A DNA stretch of 64,000 bases from an uncultured Chitinophagales bacterium. GTDB lineage: Bacteria > Bacteroidota > Bacteroidia > Chitinophagales > JAHDHT01. The notes under the pieces are model-generated. The model was not told the origin of the DNA, did no database searches, and worked only from the letters and a program-made list of their open reading frames with translations. Each line of letters begins with the position of its first letter. The first letter of the stretch is position 1. The DNA lies in the NCBI GenBank assembly GCA_938023075.1, contig CALHDG010000126.1:21838-85837 (forward strand). The letters are read 5' to 3'. Positions 59,150 through 64,000 of the stretch are shown piece after piece. The translations under genes were made by a program, and so were the position numbers.

Positions 59150-60115
59150 ATGTCAGAAAACAAACATAAGGTTGTCATTATAGGTTCAGGACCTGCGGGT
59201 TATACGGCTGCAATTTATGCGGCAAGAGCTAACCTTAAACCATTTATGGTCACGGGTATTAAAATGGGCGGTCAATTAATGGACACAACCGATGTAGAAA
59301 ATTATCCTGGTTATCCCGATGGAATTATGGGACCTCAAATGATGGATGATTTTAGAAAACAAGCCGAACGGATGGGAACTACTATAGAATTTGGTCATGT
59401 TACCAAGGTTGATTTTTCTGAGCCGCTCAATCATAAAATTACCATTGATGAAGAACGCACTATTGAAAGCGAAACTACCATTATAGCAACTGGTGCAACC
59501 GCCAAATGGCTCGGCTTGGAAAGCGAACAACGCTTAAACGGAGGGGGTGTTTCGGCTTGTGCAGTTTGTGATGGTTTCTTTTACAAAGGTCAGGAAGTTG
59601 CCGTTGTAGGCGGAGGCGATACGGCTGCTGAAGAAGCATTGTATCTCGCTAATTTATGTCCAAAAGTTCATTTGTTAATACGACGTGATGAGATGCGTGC
59701 CTCTAAAGTAATGCAGCAACGGGTGTTTGATAACCCCAATATTAAAATATACTGGAACACGGAAACCGATGAAGTGTTAGGTGACAAAACGGTGGAAGGC
59801 GTTCGGGTATTCAACAACAAAACCAACGAAAAAACGGAAATACCCGTCACTGGTTTTTTTGTGGCTATCGGGCATAAACCCAATACCGAACTTTTTGTTA
59901 ATATGATTGATATGGATGAAGAGGGATATATAACTGCAAAACCCGATTCGAGCGAGGTAAATATAGAAGGTGTTTTTGCCTGCGGTGATGTACGCGATAA
60001 AATTTACAGACAAGCTGTGACTGCGGCAGGTACTGGTTGCATGGCTGCTTTAGATGCCGAACGATATATTAGTGCCAAAGAATTTGAAATGAAGCAAAAA
60101 AAGGTGTTGGTATAA
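59150..60115 (+). CDS. trxB: Thioredoxin-disulfide reductase
   Basis: Contains GSGPAG FAD motif, the redox-active CAVCDG and the GGGDTAAEEA NADPH motif. Confidence 0.9.
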   Translation: MSENKHKVVIIGSGPAGYTAAIYAARANLKPFMVTGIKMGGQLMDTTDVENYPGYPDGIMGPQMMDDFRKQAERMGTTIEFGHVTKVDFSEPLNHKITIDEERTIESETTIIATGATAKWLGLESEQRLNGGGVSACAVCDGFFYKGQEVAVVGGGDTAAEEALYLANLCPKVHLLIRRDEMRASKVMQQRVFDNPNIKIYWNTETDEVLGDKTVEGVRVFNNKTNEKTEIPVTGFFVAIGHKPNTELFVNMIDMDEEGYITAKPDSSEVNIEGVFACGDVRDKIYRQAVTAAGTGCMAALDAERYISAKEFEMKQKKVLV

Positions 60116-60613
60116 ATGAGTGCAACCTCTATTCATCAATATAATTTTACCGGCTTGGATGGTAAGCCGGTAAACTTTGCCGATTTTGAAGGTAAGGTGC
60201 TACTGATTGTGAATACCGCCAGTAAATGTGGATTTACTCCACAGTTAGAAGGTTTAGAAAAGCTATATCAGCAATATAAAACACAAGGTTTTGAAGTAAT
60301 TGCATTTCCCTCTAATCAATTTGCCGGGCAAGAACCGCTTAATGAAGCGGGAATTGGGGAGTTTTGTCAAAAGAACTATGGAGTTAGTTTTCCGATGATG
60401 CAAAAATCGGATGTTAAAGGGCAAACAGCCAATCCGGTCTATCAATTTTTGAGTAATAAAAAACTGAATGGTGCCCTTAACTCAAAACCTAAATGGAATT
60501 TTCATAAATATGTAGTGGATAAGCAAGGTAAGGTTAGAGATTATTTTTATTCCATTACTGCACCTCAATCAAAAAAAATTGTTCGACTTATTGAAAAATT
60601 GTTGGTGGAATGA
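60116..60613 (+). CDS. Glutathione peroxidase-family protein
   Basis: Contains the NTASKCGFT active-site region, FPSNQF and WNFHKY motifs. The ATG immediately follows the trxB stop. Confidence 0.85.
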   Translation: MSATSIHQYNFTGLDGKPVNFADFEGKVLLIVNTASKCGFTPQLEGLEKLYQQYKTQGFEVIAFPSNQFAGQEPLNEAGIGEFCQKNYGVSFPMMQKSDVKGQTANPVYQFLSNKKLNGALNSKPKWNFHKYVVDKQGKVRDYFYSITAPQSKKIVRLIEKLLVE

Positions 60614-60707
60614 GTATCGGAATCTGATTAAATAATAGTTGGAAATAAATTCTAATTTGCTTTAAAAATATTATTTTCTTATCTTTAAATATCAAAAAAT
60701 ACAAATT

Positions 60708-61466
60708 ATGAGCAATCTGAAAGTATTTATTTCTTACGCCAAAGAAGACAGAGGATATGTGAATGAGTTAAGTATGCATTTAACTGGACTAATAAGAACT
60801 GGATTAATTGAAACGTGGAGTGATTTAGCTGTTTTGCCGGGTACTGAACCAGATAAAGAAATAAGAGCGCGATTGAAAGTTGCAGATATTATTATTTTTA
60901 TGATAAGTTCAAGTTTTATAGCTTCCGATTATTTTAGTGATTTAGAAATTCGTAAAGCAATTGAACGCTATCATAAAGGGGAAGCCGTAATAGTACCCAT
61001 TATCGTTAGCCCTTGTGATATTAGCTCATTACCTATTAATAAATTTCAAGTATTACCCAAAAATACGAAACCCATTTCTATCTGGGAAGACAAAGATTTG
61101 GCTTGGTTAGATATTATTACCGATATAAAAAAAGTGATTAGTAGATTTAATGAGAAAAATAAACTAAATCGGTCTTTAAAACCTGTCCAAATAAAAGAAA
61201 GTTCATCTACACATTTTATAGATAGTTTAAAATCTGAAATTGCCAAAGATAATATTGAAAAGGCAATTAAAGAATTGTTGGCTTTTACCAAGAAAAGCAA
61301 TAATGATTTATATAATTCATTGATAATCCTCTTGAGCAGATCTATCAGCTATAAACGAAACTGGGCGGCTGGCTTAATTTCAGATGAACAGGCAGATATT
61401 ACAAAGACACAAATTAAAGATACTTTATTGTCAATAATTAACACTTCCCACGCCTATGCTAACTGA
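60708..61466 (+). CDS. TIR-domain protein with C-terminal helical domain of unknown function
   Basis: The N-terminal ~140 aa read KVFISYAKEDRGYVNEL...VADIIIFMISSSFIASDYFSDLEIRKAI...VIVPIIVSPCD, which is bacterial TIR_2-like. The FISY start, the SxxFxxSxxxxxE block and Glu80 (60945-60947) are in the position of the catalytic Glu. The C-terminal ~110 aa are predicted helical. Confidence 0.8.
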   Translation: MSNLKVFISYAKEDRGYVNELSMHLTGLIRTGLIETWSDLAVLPGTEPDKEIRARLKVADIIIFMISSSFIASDYFSDLEIRKAIERYHKGEAVIVPIIVSPCDISSLPINKFQVLPKNTKPISIWEDKDLAWLDIITDIKKVISRFNEKNKLNRSLKPVQIKESSSTHFIDSLKSEIAKDNIEKAIKELLAFTKKSNNDLYNSLIILLSRSISYKRNWAAGLISDEQADITKTQIKDTLLSIINTSHAYAN

Positions 61467-62376
61467 ATATACCAATTTGGATGAGAAAAAAGCATATTTT
61501 GAAAATGGAGATAAACTCATTAACACCAAGAAAGAATTTGATGAGCAATTTGAAATGTTAAAAGACTCCAAAAGTAATAGTAATCAAATTTTTAGAGGTT
61601 GTGGTGAAGCTAAATATAAATTATTTACTTCTTCTCAGAGATATTGGATTGATAATCAATTAGAAAAGCAGAACATTACTTATCATACTTTTATTAAAAA
61701 ACTCATTAAAAATTGCAAAGATTGGAATTACAATACGCTTAAGAATTTTTTTGTAAGAAATGGAATTAGTTCTACCAACACCTTAGCTTATTTAAGTTAT
61801 ATGCAGCATCATGGAGTACTGACTCCATTAATAGATTTTACAGACAACCCATTTATTGGTTTGTTTTTTGCCGTTGAAAAAGAAAATCCTATAGTTGCAA
61901 AAAATGAAATAGATTATTATTGTTCATTGTACATAGTTAACATCACTAACAAATATTTTAGTACAACCGTAAAACAATTTCATAACGGAATTAAACTCAA
62001 TCAACTTAGTTACGAAAAAGACTTGGCTAGCTATCCTATTTTATTAATAACTGAAAAAAATGAATCATACAGAATAATTAACAACGCAAATATATCTAAC
62101 CAAGAAGGATTGTTTTTTTACAACAACGATCCTCAAAGTCCTATTGAAGAAGTTTATTCTGAAGAATTAAATAGTATTAAAAACGTAATCGGAATAGATA
62201 TAGTAAATGAAAACAACTATGAAGAAAAATTTGCTTATTGCTTAAATATCCATAAAAACCTGAGAAGTTATGTATTACACAAATTATCCAATCATAACGC
62301 AACAGATAAATTTGTTTACCCTAATAACAATCAGTTGAGAAGAGATATTATAAATGAGACTTTAAAGGAAGTTTAA
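61456..62376 (+). CDS. FRG-domain protein
   Basis: Contains NQIFRGCGEAKYKLFTSSQR, LSYMQHHGVLTPLIDFTDNPFIGLFFAVE and NISNQEGLFF. These match the FRG...QHyG.pT.lLD.T..p..A..FA...Ri..Q.G.F pattern of the FRG family. The ATG overlaps the TIR gene by 11 nt. Confidence 0.75.
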   Translation: MLTEYTNLDEKKAYFENGDKLINTKKEFDEQFEMLKDSKSNSNQIFRGCGEAKYKLFTSSQRYWIDNQLEKQNITYHTFIKKLIKNCKDWNYNTLKNFFVRNGISSTNTLAYLSYMQHHGVLTPLIDFTDNPFIGLFFAVEKENPIVAKNEIDYYCSLYIVNITNKYFSTTVKQFHNGIKLNQLSYEKDLASYPILLITEKNESYRIINNANISNQEGLFFYNNDPQSPIEEVYSEELNSIKNVIGIDIVNENNYEEKFAYCLNIHKNLRSYVLHKLSNHNATDKFVYPNNNQLRRDIINETLKEV

Positions 62377-62396
62377 TCAAAAATGATAACCATCAA

Positions 62397-63131
62397 ATGA
62401 AATTAGACATTTTAGCCTTTAGCGCACACCCCGATGATTGCGAACTTTCTTGCGGAGGAACCATTATTAACCAAGTAAAAAAAGGCAGACAGGTTGGTAT
62501 TGTCGATTTAACCAAAGGTGAACTTGGAACTAGAGGAACACCAGCATCTCGCGCAGTAGAAGCAGCCAACGCCGCTAAAATATTAGGCATATCGGTTAGA
62601 GAAAATTTAGATTTAGGAGATGGTTTTTTCGAAAACAGCAAAAAAGAACAATTGGCAGTAATTAGTATGTTGCGTAAATATCAACCCGATATAGTTTTTG
62701 CCAATGCTTTGACAGATCGTCATCCTGACCACGGCAAAGGAGCCCAATTGTTAAAAGATGCATTCTTTTTATCTGGTTTAGAAAAAGTTGAAACTGAATT
62801 GAATGGCAAAACCCAATTGAAATGGAAACCTCGTTTGTTATTATACTATGTTCAAAGTCAATATATACAACCTGATATTGTAGTGGATATAAGCAATAGT
62901 TTTGAACAAAAGATGCAAGCGATCTATGCCTATACCTCTCAGTTTTATAATCCTCAATATAAAGAATCTGGCAAGCGGCAAGCAGCCGAAACCTTCATAT
63001 CTTCCCCACATTTTATAAAACTTTTAGAAGCCCGGGCAATTGAATATGGCAATTTGCATGGGTTTCAATACGCCGAAGGATTTAATATGAGCTACACTCC
63101 TGGTGTAAAAGATATCACTCAAATATTTTGA
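62397..63131 (+). CDS. bshB1: PIG-L family deacetylase, bacillithiol biosynthesis BshB1-like
   Basis: Contains LDILAFSAHPDDCELSCGGT and DRHPDHG zinc-site motifs. Length is 244 aa. Confidence 0.75.
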   Translation: MKLDILAFSAHPDDCELSCGGTIINQVKKGRQVGIVDLTKGELGTRGTPASRAVEAANAAKILGISVRENLDLGDGFFENSKKEQLAVISMLRKYQPDIVFANALTDRHPDHGKGAQLLKDAFFLSGLEKVETELNGKTQLKWKPRLLLYYVQSQYIQPDIVVDISNSFEQKMQAIYAYTSQFYNPQYKESGKRQAAETFISSPHFIKLLEARAIEYGNLHGFQYAEGFNMSYTPGVKDITQIF

Positions 63132-63192
63132 CATAAGTAGATTATCTAACTATAAAATTATTAATTACAATATGAACATATTATAATTGTGT

Positions 63193-63696
63193 TCAGATTT
63201 CAATTAATTCAATGGTCAACTCAATACGCTGTTTTTCTTCTACTTCAAAGTTGCAATCTTCAAATTTTGGGGGACCAAAACTTGGCACTACATTGTTCGA
63301 AAATCCGTAGGGCTCTTGTGGCAATAAATTTAAGATATCATCTCTGTTTAACACACCGTTATTATCTAAATCTTGATATAAAGATATGCCATAAATTCCA
63401 GCCGGCACACCTTCAAACACCACATCTTGCTCACGGGTTTTCGCTTCTTCGCGCTTTAGTATAAATTCATTGCCTCCATCACTGTTTACGGCAACGTCCT
63501 CATCCCAATCTGCTTCATTATTATATAATCCAACTTGTAAAACACCTTCTAAAGTTTCAATTTTAGTAATTTTTACTGTTATGGTAGTAACCGTATCTAT
63601 ATCGATTACCAGACTCGGCTTATCTTTATCTTTGCAAGAGGTGCTTGTTAAAGCCCAACACAGCATAACGGCTAAATAATAAAGAATTTTTTTCAT
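63193..63696 (-). CDS. DUF2141-like secreted lipoprotein
   Basis: I prefer the start MKKILYYLAVMLCWALTSTSC (ATG at 63694-63696). GIYGISLYQDLDNNGVLNRD...PQEPYGFSNN matches the DUF2141 pattern. Confidence 0.7.
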   Translation of the reverse strand: MKKILYYLAVMLCWALTSTSCKDKDKPSLVIDIDTVTTITVKITKIETLEGVLQVGLYNNEADWDEDVAVNSDGGNEFILKREEAKTREQDVVFEGVPAGIYGISLYQDLDNNGVLNRDDILNLLPQEPYGFSNNVVPSFGPPKFEDCNFEVEEKQRIELTIELIEI

Positions 63697-63873
63697 GGCA
63701 ATACTAAACTTGGTTAATGTAAATATAAAACAATATTGGTATCCGTTAAAGAAAAAGTGAAATTTTGACATGAAAATTAGCAACATTAAATTAACATTAT
63801 ATTAATATAATTCTTTAAATTTTTAAGTCATCTTATTTTTTTTGACTAATTTTGTTTTGTTAAATGTAACTTT

Positions 63874-64000
63874 ATGAGATTATTTATATTTTCATTAATT
63901 CCATTGTTCTTAAGCAGTGCATCGAATTTAAAAGCGCAAAGCTCAACCTTCGAAAAAATGCACACTATTTTTAAAGCCAATTGCACAACCGGTTGCCATA
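63874..64000 (+). CDS. 5' end of a secreted protein, possibly haem-binding (truncated by the window end)
   Basis: MRLFIFSLIPLFLSSASNLKAQ is a signal peptide, followed by FKANCTTGCH, a Cys...CH motif at the window edge. Confidence 0.35.
   Translation, partial: MRLFIFSLIPLFLSSASNLKAQSSTFEKMHTIFKANCTTGCH

Overview
This is a 64-kb AT-rich chromosomal segment that looks like Bacteroidota. Supporting signs are several T9SS-type C-terminal sorting domains, TAnnTTTG -7 promoter boxes, a bacillithiol gene, and DUF2723, DUF4105 and DUF3098-type families. Most of the window is housekeeping: leuS (3' part), ung, icmF, gpmI, a yggS-like gene, ribF, truB, uppP, rpsP, rimM, trmD, trxB, gpx, bshB1 and one tRNA-Arg(UCU). 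Accessory material is interspersed. It includes a frameshifted YhcG/DUF1016 nuclease gene next to the tRNA, and a decayed duplicate of a GT2 glycosyltransferase 5' region flanked by hairpin repeats. It also includes three tandem paralogous LRR/L-domain-like T9SS surface proteins (about 9.4 kb). About 8.6 kb (intergenic spacers plus two genes) lies between rimM and trmD and encodes two giant secreted proteins, one of which carries a 16-17 unit Cys-rich 28-aa tandem array. The best candidate for an undescribed system is a compact two-gene cassette at 60708-62376. A TIR-domain protein overlaps by 11 nt with an FRG-domain protein, and the pair is wedged between redox housekeeping genes (trxB-gpx and bshB1). 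I read it as a Thoeris-like, NAD-signalling-type defence candidate with an uncharacterised partner. All domain calls come from reading the translated ORFs by eye; no database search was run.
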